A stretch of 55,870 nt of DNA from Candidatus Delongbacteria bacterium (GCA_016937995.1 JAFGVM010000005.1:1-55870); one strand, 5' to 3'. Positions 9,884-20,061 are shown, numbered from the stretch's first letter. A program made the numbers and translations. Notes: generated by a model from the sequence alone, not told the origin.

Positions 9884-12388
9884 TTATCTTTTAGAATTAT
9901 CTGCTGTTACATAGTAGAAACATCTTTCTTCATTTGAAAAATCCATATCTTCATATGAAAGTGAAGTTGCAGTTCCGATCTTTATAAATCCCTGATAAGG
10001 ATCTGTAGATCTGTAAATATGGTACATAGTTGCACCGGGGACAGCATCCCATCTTATGACAGAAGAAATTTCACCTGTCTCGGTTCTAAGGTTATTTGGA
10101 GATGCTAAAGTCATTGAAAGATCGACAATTGAAAAAGTAAGCTCTTTAACTGCAATCAGGTTATTACTGTCATTTGCTCTGAATATAATATCCCAGGTAG
10201 TTTCATCTGTAGGAGAAATATTGCCGTTGAACACACCGTCTTCGCTAAGTTCTATACCATACGGATACGGTGGTTTTATGAAAGATGTCTTAAATCCTGA
10301 TGGATCCCAATAATTAAAGACCTTCGTGATATATGTGCTTAAAGCAGTACCGTTAGAAATTCCTGACGGGTAATATTTTCCTGCAGTAACATCTCCGTAA
10401 TAGAACTCAATTGTTCCATCAGAAAATAATTTTGCGGCAAAATTAAAGTATGATGTTGGTGGTACACCTCCACCTCCGCCACCATTTCCATTTCCGGTGC
10501 CGCTGGTACCTGTCCCGGTAATAGATGTATCCCATACTATAATTACATAATTATCATTTCCAAAGTACGTTACATCAGCTTTATCAAAGTCAGCGGCACA
10601 TGGTGCAATTGTTTTTGTTTTACTTATATCATCAGCGGTTTTAACAGATTCGTAAATACCGTTAAAAGTGATCGCACCGTTCGATGTAACAGTTATTGAG
10701 CTGTATAATTTGTCAAAGAAAGGGAAAGGGAAATCAAGATTAATAATACCGTATCCGTCATCAGAATTTGTCATACTGATTTCTTGAAATGTTTCAGATG
10801 GGAATATAGTTGTGATTTCTGTTTCAGTATAGTTAATTACTATATCCCACTTATATGGAGTTGTGCCTTTTTCTGCAGTCAGGGTTTGATTGTATGTTTC
10901 ATTTGGTACAGCAGCCGGCAGATATTCAGTTGTGATCTTAAACGGTTGAGGCATAAAAAGACCAACATGAGTAGTGTTGTTTGATTTTATATCAACATTT
11001 TTTTGCAGGCTAGTGAATTCTGTGCCTTCATGATCAATTACAGAAAAAGAAATTACTTTCCCGATACTCAATGTATCCCCGGTGTGTGTTACACTGAGAA
11101 ATAAAGTTCCGCCTTCTCCTTCCGGGATAAGATCGAGCAAATTACTGATATCCAGTCCAAGTTCAATAATATCAGAGGATCCTTCTATTCCGATTGAATC
11201 TCCTCCCTGATAGTTGAAAAGAGGGAATCCTATAGAGTATCTTGGTTCAAATGCATTTGGTTCCTGAGATATACCCGCAGTAATTCTTATATTATCTCTG
11301 TCACTGCATGCAATAGTTGATTTTAATTTCAGAGTTGGTTTAACATTTTCTTTTATCCTGACCGTATGGCAGATGTTATTATAAATACCGCCGGAGTATA
11401 GATCCTGAGCAAGAGTTCTGTACATGACCCATGATTTACCTTCATCGGCCCAGTTTTCTCCCCATGAATTGACCATAAGAAGTCCTCCGATCTCCCAGTC
11501 CTTCATATCAACAATACCATCACCGTTAGTATCAATATCATTGGTATATTTTCCATCCCCGTTATAATCATACCTTATAGAATCATTATATCCAGCGAAT
11601 GTCATAGCATGGTTTACAGATCTATCCCATCTGATGATAACCGCCTCTTTCGGGCAGAAGGAATCCTCAGGTAAAACTGTCCTTTCATATGTCCCGTAAA
11701 CTCCTGCTGAAAAAACTGCTATCCCTCCTTCAGAAGATCCGTCACAGTGGTCATTCATCCATTGTTTAAGGACCAGAAGGTCTTCAGCGGTTCCAATAGG
11801 TATTGCAAGCTATTCCAGGACACGGTTCTCCATTCCGCTTTGATATTTGTCGTATCCGTTCATCCAGAGTTTGAACATAAGATCAGGATCTAAAGAAGGC
11901 CAAAGCATGCCTCCGTAAGTCGTTACATTAGGGCATCCGCTTGATGAAATTATATTCCATCCGTCAAAATACCAAGACCCCCACGATCCGCTTCCATGGT
12001 TTAAAAAATTGTAGGTATAATGAGTTGGAAATTGATTCTCAGGTACATCGGCTGAAGTTCCTTTCGAAAAATTGTATTCGTAGGTGAATAAATATCCAAC
12101 ACCGCTTGCCTGTCCGCAACTGCCGCCCTGTTGGGAAAAAACAGGTCTGAAGTATGGCTGCAATGAATTATCGACAGTATATGGAAGTTCAACTTTTGAA
12201 TTCTTATATTTATCAGGAAGATTTAATCTAGGTATGGCTTCGATCTCTTTTTGTTTTTCTACTGAAATAGGGCTCAAACCTCCGGAAAATAACTGAACAC
12301 CTTCAGTATTCGGGTCAATATCAAAAAATTCTGCTTTTGAAATAATTGCATAGATAAATACCAACAAAATTATCAATGATCTTTTCAT
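9884..12388 (-). pseudogene. C1 peptidase paralog 3 interrupted by one in-frame TAG at 11810-11812
   Basis: ORFs 11810..12391 and 9884..11758 share a frame; reads ENRVLE*LAIPIGTAEDLLVLKQWMNDH versus NNRVLEQ(CAG)IAMPLNTPEGLEVLKQWMNDH in paralog 1. Confidence 0.8.
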
Positions 12389-12468
12389 CACATATCCGTA
12401 CAGGTTGTTTTTTTAACTATAGTTAGTATAGTCATAATAATTTAAAAAGTAAATAACAAAATTAAAAT

Positions 12469-15006
12469 TTATTTGATCATCGTCATTTTTTTGATCATTT
12501 TATGACCTCCGTCAGAAGTAATTTTATAAAAATATATGCCTGATGAAAGATCTAGTTGAGGATCCCAGGAAATTGAATGTTCTCCTTTTTTTAATAGTTT
12601 ATTATCGATCAAAGAAGTTACCAGTTCACCTTTTAAATTGTATACTTTAAGGGTTATTATATCATCATTCTTCAGTGTGAACCTAATGTTTGTTGTTGGA
12701 TTGAACGGATTTGGGTAATTCTGTTCCAAATGTAAATTATCAACGGCTTGATGTTCATTGCCGGTTATTCCGCTTGAAGTAAAAAGAGAAAGTATTTTTG
12801 TTGAAGAAAATCCGTTCCAGTCAGTGATCTTAAATTCGAGATCCCAGCTTCTTTCTAGATCATTTGATAAAATTCCAGATAATAGTCCCTGGTCATTCAG
12901 AATTAAACCGAAAGGATGGTCCGGATGTATGAATGTTGTTTGAAGGTCTGAGGGATCTTCAGAATTGGAGCTTGAAGAGATAATAAAATTTTCAGAACTA
13001 CCGTTTGAAATCCCGCTTACCCATGAGTTGTTGACAGGCTGATCATCCGTATGATAAAATTCTATTGTACCATCATTATAAAGTTTGCAGATAAAGTTAT
13101 ATTTTGCATCTTTATCCATTCTTAATGCAGTTCTCCATAAAATGGTCACATGGTCAGGATCCATAAAATAAAAAGTGCCTTCATTTAATGTCGGATCTGC
13201 CATAAATTCAGCAGCATGAGGTACAATAACTTTGTTCTCAACGATATCGATATCATCTCTTACGAATTTATAGCCCTCTGATAAAGCTAAATAGCCGTCA
13301 GTGCAAACAAATATCGAATCGTAAAAATTTCCGTAGAACGGGAATTCGAACGGTATTGCTAAAGGCAGTACATCATTGTCGTAATTATGTTCGGGAATGA
13401 GCTCTATAAGATCTTCAACTATCAACGGGTCATTATTTACATTTTCGGAATAATCTATCAGCCAGTCCCATTGTAAAGGTTCCCTTTCTGCTCTTGCAGT
13501 TAGCTGAAACAAATAAAATTCATCTATAGAAATATCAGGTAACGAAGATGTAGTTATATTTGGTGTGTAGTAATAGATGTTAGCTACTGTACTGATATAG
13601 GTCGTATTATTGTTATTTATCACTGTTGAGTCAGGATAGCCTGCTGTTAAATTGCCGTATTTATCTTCAAGTTTCATTGATAAGATATTTCCGTTTCCTG
13701 ATCCGTCAGGATCATCTTCATCTATACACAGAAAAAATTTGGCATAAGATCCGCTCTCCATGTGGACAAGAAGAGGGGTTATATCAAGACCTATATTAAT
13801 GTATGTACTGTCTCCGGTCATAGGATTGGGACCTCCGGAATTATTATACATCAGAAATTCAATAGTGTGTTCGGGTATTAATGAACTTGTGTCTGTTGAT
13901 ATGCCGGCATATATTTTTAACTTATCCCTGAAGTTATGTTCTATCTCAGTATTTATCTTAAGTAAAGGTTCATAGTTTTCAAAAACTTTGACAGTATTTG
14001 TTCTCTGGGCCCAGATGCCTCCTTCTGTATGATGATAACCGAGAGTGTTGTACATTACCCACGCTTTTCCATAGTTTCCCCATCCGGTACCCCAGCTGTT
14101 CACCATTAGAAGACCGCCTATTTCCCAGTCACGCATATCTACAATATCGTCACCGGTTATATCAATGTTATTAGTGAATTTCCCGTCACCGTTATAATCG
14201 TATCTTATAGAATCGTTATATCCTGCAAATGTCATAGCGTGATTTACTGATGTATGCCATTTTGTGATAACCATTTCATTCTCACATTCAGTTCCTGCAG
14301 GAAGGTATCCGGTCTGCCAACTTCCGTACACTCCTGCGGCAAAAGTTATAACTCCACCTTCAGCAGATCCATTTCCATGATCGTTCAACCAGTGTTTTAG
14401 AATATCCAGACCCTCAGGTGTGTCTACAGGAATTGTAACTACTTCCTGAACTCTGTTCTGCATAGCGTTCACATATTTGTCATATCCTGACATCCAGATC
14501 TTTTCCATCATTGAAGGATCGGAAGTAGGGACCATTCCACCGTAATCTGTACTGTAAGGTATACCGCTTCTCATTGCGATCTCCCATCCGTCGAAATAGG
14601 AAGAACCGTTAATGCCGTCACCATCATTCAGGAAATTGTAGGTGTAATAAGTTGGATATTGATTCCGATTGAAATTACCGTTCTCTCCGCGCATATAATT
14701 CATTTCATATGTAAAATTGTATCCAATCCCGGCAGCCTGACCGCATTCATTGGCGTATTGTGTAAAAACAGGTCTGAAATAAATTTTATAAGAATTATTT
14801 ACTTCGTAAGGAAGATCAGTGTTCTTACTGGATCGAGTTAACTGTAATTTCGGATAAGCTTTGATCACTTCCAGCTGGTCATCTGATGGTATTACCCAGC
14901 CTCCACTTATCCACGGCTCCCCGTTTGGATCAGGATTGTGGTTGATGATCTCAGAAAAAAGAATTGAGGCAAAGATAAAAATATGTAGAAAATATATCAA
15001 TTTCAT
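12469..15006 (-). CDS. secreted papain-like (C1) cysteine peptidase with T9SS type-A-like C-terminal domain (paralog 4)
   Basis: QYANECGQ, NHAMTFAGY, NSWGTGW; LEQNYPNPFNP C-terminus; start moved to ATG 15006, which gives a signal peptide. Confidence 0.85.
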   Translation of the reverse strand: MKLIYFLHIFIFASILFSEIINHNPDPNGEPWISGGWVIPSDDQLEVIKAYPKLQLTRSSKNTDLPYEVNNSYKIYFRPVFTQYANECGQAAGIGYNFTYEMNYMRGENGNFNRNQYPTYYTYNFLNDGDGINGSSYFDGWEIAMRSGIPYSTDYGGMVPTSDPSMMEKIWMSGYDKYVNAMQNRVQEVVTIPVDTPEGLDILKHWLNDHGNGSAEGGVITFAAGVYGSWQTGYLPAGTECENEMVITKWHTSVNHAMTFAGYNDSIRYDYNGDGKFTNNIDITGDDIVDMRDWEIGGLLMVNSWGTGWGNYGKAWVMYNTLGYHHTEGGIWAQRTNTVKVFENYEPLLKINTEIEHNFRDKLKIYAGISTDTSSLIPEHTIEFLMYNNSGGPNPMTGDSTYINIGLDITPLLVHMESGSYAKFFLCIDEDDPDGSGNGNILSMKLEDKYGNLTAGYPDSTVINNNNTTYISTVANIYYYTPNITTSSLPDISIDEFYLFQLTARAEREPLQWDWLIDYSENVNNDPLIVEDLIELIPEHNYDNDVLPLAIPFEFPFYGNFYDSIFVCTDGYLALSEGYKFVRDDIDIVENKVIVPHAAEFMADPTLNEGTFYFMDPDHVTILWRTALRMDKDAKYNFICKLYNDGTIEFYHTDDQPVNNSWVSGISNGSSENFIISSSSNSEDPSDLQTTFIHPDHPFGLILNDQGLLSGILSNDLERSWDLEFKITDWNGFSSTKILSLFTSSGITGNEHQAVDNLHLEQNYPNPFNPTTNIRFTLKNDDIITLKVYNLKGELVTSLIDNKLLKKGEHSISWDPQLDLSSGIYFYKITSDGGHKMIKKMTMIK

Positions 15007-15127
15007 ACAACAAATATATTTAACCGGACTGATTTTTCCAAATAAGAAAGTAAAATACAAAAAGATTTAGTTTGCATTTATATCCTAATACTTCTTAACT
15101 TTTTGACTACTGATAAAACAAAAACAT

Positions 15128-15862
15128 ATGGGAAATAAAATGACTGATGATCAAAATATTACTTTCGGGAATAATTGTGCTATAGGCAAAAACGTAAAGA
15201 TCGGTATGAACTCTATCATAGGTAATAATGTGGTAATTCACGATGATACAGTAGTCGGTGAAAATGTGAGGATAGATGATAATACTGTAATAGGTAAAAC
15301 ACTGATGAAAGCTGCAAATTCAGCTATGGCAAAAGATCTCGAACTTGAAGGTGCGAAAATCGGAGATAATTCGATAATCGGAACAGGAGTTGTTATTTAC
15401 AGAGGGGCTACTATCGGTAAAAAGGTCCTTGTTGCTGATCAGGCTGCAATACAGTTCAAAACTTCAGTAGGTGACCTTACTATTATCGGTAGGGGAGTCC
15501 TGATAGAGTCAAACTGTACAATAGGAACAAAAACCAAGATAGAGTCGAATTCATATATTACTGCTCTTTCAACTATCGGTGATCACTGTTTCATAGCTCC
15601 CTGTGTTGCCACAAGCAACGATAATTATGCAGGAAGGGATAAAGAACGGTTTGAGCATTTCAAAGGAGTAACAGTAAAAAATGGTGGAAGGATAGGTGTT
15701 CATGCCACTATATTGCCGGGAATAACCATAAATGAAGATGGATTGGTGGCTGCAGGTGCAGTTGTCACTAAAGATGTTCCTGAAGGTAAAATAGTCGCAG
15801 GTGTTCCGGCAAAGATATTTGGAGATGTACCGGCAAAACAATTGTTAAAGAACAATCTTTAA
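15128..15862 (+). CDS. hexapeptide-repeat (left-handed beta-helix) N-acetyltransferase, nucleotide-sugar type
   Basis: extensive IG.N..I repeats; VAAGAVVTKDVP...VAGVPAK C-terminus. Confidence 0.85.
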   Translation: MGNKMTDDQNITFGNNCAIGKNVKIGMNSIIGNNVVIHDDTVVGENVRIDDNTVIGKTLMKAANSAMAKDLELEGAKIGDNSIIGTGVVIYRGATIGKKVLVADQAAIQFKTSVGDLTIIGRGVLIESNCTIGTKTKIESNSYITALSTIGDHCFIAPCVATSNDNYAGRDKERFEHFKGVTVKNGGRIGVHATILPGITINEDGLVAAGAVVTKDVPEGKIVAGVPAKIFGDVPAKQLLKNNL

Positions 15863-15874
15863 TTAGAGGTGAAT

Positions 15875-16462
15875 ATGCTGAACAAACTGATAAGATCATC
15901 TTTCGGAGAAGGACTCATTCTTCTAAAGGATTTTATTGAAAATGATGAGAACTTTGATAAGATCACACAAATGATAGAAATGATCGTAAATTCATTAAAT
16001 AACGATGGTAAGATAATTATCTGCGGTAACGGTGGATCAATGACGGACGCAATGCATTTTGCCGAGGAATTGACCGGAAGATTCAGAAAGGATAGAAAAC
16101 CGTTAGCAGCCATATCACTTTCTGATCCTTCACATATTTCATGTGTAGCAAATGATTACGGATTCGACAAAATATTTTCAAGAGGTGTGGAAGCATACGG
16201 CAAACCGGGTGATATATTTATCGGATTATCCACCAGCGGAAATTCTGAGAATATTATCAATGCTGTTAATTCAGCCTTAGGATCAGATATGAAAGTACTT
16301 CTTTTTCTTGGAAAAGATGGTGGAGAACTCAAAGGAACAGGTGATATTGAAATAATTATTGGTGGTAAGACTTCCGACAGGATCCAGGAAATTCATATGT
16401 TCATACTTCACACAATAGTTGAAGGAATTGAAAGATCGTTATTTCCGGAAAATTATTTATAA
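15875..16462 (+). CDS. gmhA: D-sedoheptulose 7-phosphate isomerase
   Basis: CGNGGS..DAMHFAEELTGRF, NDYGF, STSGNS, DRIQEIH; SD GAGGTG before ATG 15875. Confidence 0.95.
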   Translation: MLNKLIRSSFGEGLILLKDFIENDENFDKITQMIEMIVNSLNNDGKIIICGNGGSMTDAMHFAEELTGRFRKDRKPLAAISLSDPSHISCVANDYGFDKIFSRGVEAYGKPGDIFIGLSTSGNSENIINAVNSALGSDMKVLLFLGKDGGELKGTGDIEIIIGGKTSDRIQEIHMFILHTIVEGIERSLFPENYL

Positions 16463-16567
16463 CCAACAAAAAAATAATTTATTTGTTGTAAGTTGATAGA
16501 TCAACTACTATATTTGTCATATTGTTGAACTAAAAATAAATATTTAAAATTATAAAATGGAGGTTTT

Positions 16568-17776
16568 ATGAAAAAGGGTTTACAATTGATACTTTTTCTA
16601 GCTATTGCAGCAGGTGCTTTTGCTAACGGTTTGAGCTTGAACAGTATTGGTTCGAAGGCATTTGGAATGGGTGGAGCTTTTGTCGGTCTGGCTAACGATG
16701 CTTCAGCGATTCATTGGAATCCTGCCGGAATGATCGGACAAAAAAACACTGTGCAGCTTTTTGCAACAGACGTGATGCCAATGGCGTCCTACTCTTACTC
16801 TAACACTGCATACGGGATCGATGTTGATGCAAATACTGAGATGAATCATTATCTAAGTCCGAATCTGTTTGGTGTTTATAATTACAAAGATTTTGCTTTT
16901 GGATTAGGGGCTTACGTTCCTGCAGGTCTGGGTGCTGAATGGGTCGGTGCTGATCTTGCAGACTTTAGTGGTCCTGCTCAAACAGAATTTGAATGGATGA
17001 GTGAGATAGCTGTCTTTAACTTTAGCCCGGCAGCAGCTTACAAATTTACAGAGAACATTTATCTTGGTGCAGCTGTAAATATTTATTATGGTATGATGGA
17101 ACTTAAGAGACCTGAAGACATGAATGGAGATGGTGCAGTTGAAACACAAACTGCTATTGATATTTCCGGTGTTGGTTTTGGTTCTGTATTAAGTCTTAAG
17201 CTGACAAACGATCTGCTAGATTTCGGTTTGACATACAAAACTCCTATTATGGTTGATTTCTCTGGAACTATGACTGTTGCAGAAGTCAATGAACATGACT
17301 TAGATTTAAGTATTGAATGGCCTACATGGATAGGTGCAGGTTTAGCAGTTAAACCTTATAAAGAGCTTATTGTTGAATTTGATGTTCAGTACACTAACTG
17401 GAATGAAATGAAAGCTTTGCATCCCGTAGTTGATGGAAATACATCAGAACCAATGGAGCTTTACTGGAATGATGCTGTACAATACCGTTTAGGTGCTGAA
17501 TACATGATAAATAAGGAATATTCAGTACGCGGAGGATATTATCTGGATCCTGCACCTTGTGGAGACGGTACTTTAAATATTCTTTTCCCTTCATCAACCA
17601 ACCATGCTCTAACAGGCGGGGTTTCATATTATAACAGAGACCTTACAGTAGATTTTGGAATGGAATATCTAATGGGAATGAGCAGACAAATAGCTCCTTC
17701 AGGTGACAATATGCCGGGTTCTCATAAAATGGATATCTTCGCATTCAGTATTGGCGGAAGTTACGCTTTCAGGTAG
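16568..17776 (+). CDS. OmpP1/FadL/TodX family outer-membrane transporter
   Basis: signal peptide; G.KAFGMGGAFVGLANDASAIHWNPAGM hatch motif; amphipathic beta-strands; C-terminal YAF. Confidence 0.85.
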   Translation: MKKGLQLILFLAIAAGAFANGLSLNSIGSKAFGMGGAFVGLANDASAIHWNPAGMIGQKNTVQLFATDVMPMASYSYSNTAYGIDVDANTEMNHYLSPNLFGVYNYKDFAFGLGAYVPAGLGAEWVGADLADFSGPAQTEFEWMSEIAVFNFSPAAAYKFTENIYLGAAVNIYYGMMELKRPEDMNGDGAVETQTAIDISGVGFGSVLSLKLTNDLLDFGLTYKTPIMVDFSGTMTVAEVNEHDLDLSIEWPTWIGAGLAVKPYKELIVEFDVQYTNWNEMKALHPVVDGNTSEPMELYWNDAVQYRLGAEYMINKEYSVRGGYYLDPAPCGDGTLNILFPSSTNHALTGGVSYYNRDLTVDFGMEYLMGMSRQIAPSGDNMPGSHKMDIFAFSIGGSYAFR

Positions 17777-17796
17777 ATCAAAGATATGATGAATTT

Positions 17797-17823
17797 AAAA
17801 GGGACATTTTGTCCCTTTTTTTT
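17797..17823 (+). terminator. intrinsic terminator after fadL-like gene
   Basis: AAAAGGGACA-TTT-TGTCCCTTTT followed by a T-run. Confidence 0.85.
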
Positions 17824-17925
17824 ATTATAAATATCATAATTAATTTCTTTATTATTTGCATAAAAAAAATTACTTTTAGATACTTAAGTGTTAAACAGTA
17901 TTACTTAGAAACCTGTGAGGGATAA

Positions 17926-19377
17926 ATGAGAGAGTTCAGAACAAGATTTGCGCCAAGTCCGACCGGATACATGCATATCGGCAACTTAAGAACAGCATTG
18001 TATGCATATATGATCGCAAAAGGTCATAAAGGCAAGTTCATATTAAGGGTGGAGGATACCGATCAGAAGAGGACAATTGCTGAAGCATTTAAAGTAATAT
18101 TCGACAGTTTAAATATCGCAGGTCTGGAGTATGATGAAGGTCCTGATAGAGACGGTGGTTTTGGGCCATATATACAAAGTGAAAGAAAAGAGATCTATCA
18201 AAAGTATCTTTCAGTATTGCTAGAGAAGAATTTTGCATACAGATGTTTTTGCAGTTCTGAAGATCTTGAAGAGCAAAGAAAAGATTTTAGTGAAAACAAA
18301 GGGACAGTTTTCAGAGACAGGTGTAGAAACTTATCGCAGGATGTAATTGATAATAAGTTATCCAATAATCTACCATTTGTGGTCAGGCAAAGGATCCCTG
18401 AATCCGGTCAAACTACAGTGAATGACATTGTGTTTGGTTCTATAACAGTGGAAAATAATACTCTTGATGAACAGGTCCTAATGAAATCAGATGGTTTTCC
18501 GACCTATAATTTTGCTAATGTTATTGATGATCATCTTATGGAAATATCTCATGTGATAAGAGGTTATGAATATCTGTCATCAGTTCCAAAGTATAATTTG
18601 CTGTACCAGAATTTCGGATGGGAAATACCTTCCTATATTCACTTGCCCCACATAATGAGGGAAGACGGTAAGAAATTAAGCAAAAGGAACGGTGATGCTT
18701 CTTTCGAAGATCTGATCCAGGCAGGATATTTGACAAGTGCGATCATCAATTACATCGCCATGCTCGGTTGGAATCCGGGCACAGAGGAGGAAATATTTAC
18801 TTTAGACGAACTGGTTGTAAAATTTTCTCCTGAGAGAATAAATAAATCCAATGCCGTTTTCTCAATAGATAAACTTAACTGGATAAATGCACAGCATATT
18901 AAAAAGCTTACGATGGAGGAATTCCATTCTATAGCTGATAAATATTATTCTGATGAACTTAGATCAAAGATCGATGTTTTCAAAGTAAGCGAAATAATAC
19001 AGAACAGACTGGAAAAATTAACAGACATACCTGAAATGGTCAGATTCCTGATCAAAGTTGAAAGTTATAATGCTGATGATTTCTTTCATAAAAAAATGAA
19101 ATCTGATACAGCTTCCAGTTATATGTATCTTCAAAAAATATTACCGGTGTTCCGAGAACTTACAAAATGGAATAATGAAACGATATTTCAGGCTATGAAC
19201 GATCTGATCGAAAAGGAAGAATGCAAAAAAGGAGCAGTTCTTTGGCCTGTTAGAATAGCTATGACTGGACTGCAATCTAGTCCTGGTGGAGCCAGTGAAG
19301 TGGGAGAACTGATAGGAAAAGATGAAAGTTTAAAGAGAATTGAAAATGCAATAGATTTCTTAAAAGATAAAATTTAA
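17926..19377 (+). CDS. gltX: glutamate--tRNA ligase
   Basis: RTRFAPSPTG.MHIGN (HIGH), KLSKR (KMSKS), anticodon-binding domain. Confidence 0.97.
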   Translation: MREFRTRFAPSPTGYMHIGNLRTALYAYMIAKGHKGKFILRVEDTDQKRTIAEAFKVIFDSLNIAGLEYDEGPDRDGGFGPYIQSERKEIYQKYLSVLLEKNFAYRCFCSSEDLEEQRKDFSENKGTVFRDRCRNLSQDVIDNKLSNNLPFVVRQRIPESGQTTVNDIVFGSITVENNTLDEQVLMKSDGFPTYNFANVIDDHLMEISHVIRGYEYLSSVPKYNLLYQNFGWEIPSYIHLPHIMREDGKKLSKRNGDASFEDLIQAGYLTSAIINYIAMLGWNPGTEEEIFTLDELVVKFSPERINKSNAVFSIDKLNWINAQHIKKLTMEEFHSIADKYYSDELRSKIDVFKVSEIIQNRLEKLTDIPEMVRFLIKVESYNADDFFHKKMKSDTASSYMYLQKILPVFRELTKWNNETIFQAMNDLIEKEECKKGAVLWPVRIAMTGLQSSPGGASEVGELIGKDESLKRIENAIDFLKDKI

Positions 19378-19395
19378 TAACGGTCAGGATGATTT

Positions 19396-19878
19396 ATGAG
19401 TGAAGAAAAATATATTAGACCCACCTGGGATGAATATTTCATGGAAGTTATGAATGCTGTATCAAAGAGAGCTACCTGCGACAGAGGAAGGAGCGGATGT
19501 GTTATAGCACGTGAGGGTCAATTACTTACTACCGGATATGTTGGATCACCAAAAGGTTTGCCGCATTGTGATGATGTGGGGCATCAAATGAAGAAGATGC
19601 TTCATGAAGACGAAAGTATTTCAGAGCATTGTGTAAGAACGGTTCATGCAGAGCAGAATGCTATATGTCAGGCTGCCAAACTGGGTGTTTCGATCAATGG
19701 AGCAACATTATATTGCAGGATGACACCGTGCAGGACATGTGCTATGCTAATAATAAACAGCGGCATTAAAAGAGTTGTAGTTGAGAGAAAATATCAGAGG
19801 GGACAGGAATCAGAGGAAATGTTCAAACAGGCCGGTGTTGAACTAGTGATAATTTATGATGAGATACAAAAGTATTAG
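19396..19878 (+). CDS. dCMP deaminase (ComEB family)
   Basis: RPTWDEYFM, HAEQNAI, PCRTC zinc motifs. Confidence 0.9.
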   Translation: MSEEKYIRPTWDEYFMEVMNAVSKRATCDRGRSGCVIAREGQLLTTGYVGSPKGLPHCDDVGHQMKKMLHEDESISEHCVRTVHAEQNAICQAAKLGVSINGATLYCRMTPCRTCAMLIINSGIKRVVVERKYQRGQESEEMFKQAGVELVIIYDEIQKY

Positions 19879-19892
19879 AACAGTGGACAGTG

Positions 19893-19992
19893 GTAGCGAG
19901 CGCAGGAATGCGTTCCTTTACCGAATATTCAATATTCAACACGGAATGATCAAGGTTCAAGGGTTTCATAGGGGACGATTCCCATTCGTTCC
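19893..19992 (+). repeat. GTAG-type REP palindromes with heptamer repeats
   Basis: GTAGCGAGCGCAGGAATGCGTTCC 19893-19916 and ATAGGGGACGATTCCCATTCGTTCC 19968-19992; AATATTC x2 and TCAAGG duplications between them. Confidence 0.65.
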
Positions 19993-20034
19993 AAAAAAAA
20001 CTTAGGGAACAGTTTCAAAATTTACCCGGAATAA

Positions 20035-20061
20035 AGATCCTGAAATAAATTCAGGATGACA
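20035..20061 (-). repeat. TGTCAT/CGTC-type palindromic repeat
   Basis: reverse complement TGTCATCCTGAATTTATTTCAGGATCT. Confidence 0.8.

Noticed and set aside
8784-11510. Diversity-generating retroelement TR/VR pair among the protease paralogs
   Set aside because: No reverse transcriptase, both copies are coding, and the shared tracts are short and lie in the conserved catalytic core
11810-11812. Genome-wide TAG reassignment
   Set aside because: TAG ends ordinary genes here (GNAT 573-575, fadL-like 17774-17776, manC, gpsA), and no other internal TAG was seen
16491-16506. Canonical FNR box
   Set aside because: Spacer is 2 bp rather than the 4 bp of TTGAT-N4-ATCAA; kept only as a generic operator candidate
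17824-17925. T-box leader for gltX
   Set aside because: Leader too short and no T-box consensus
19880-20061. CRISPR array
   Set aside because: No identical direct repeats with regular spacers and no cas genes; the repeats are REP-like
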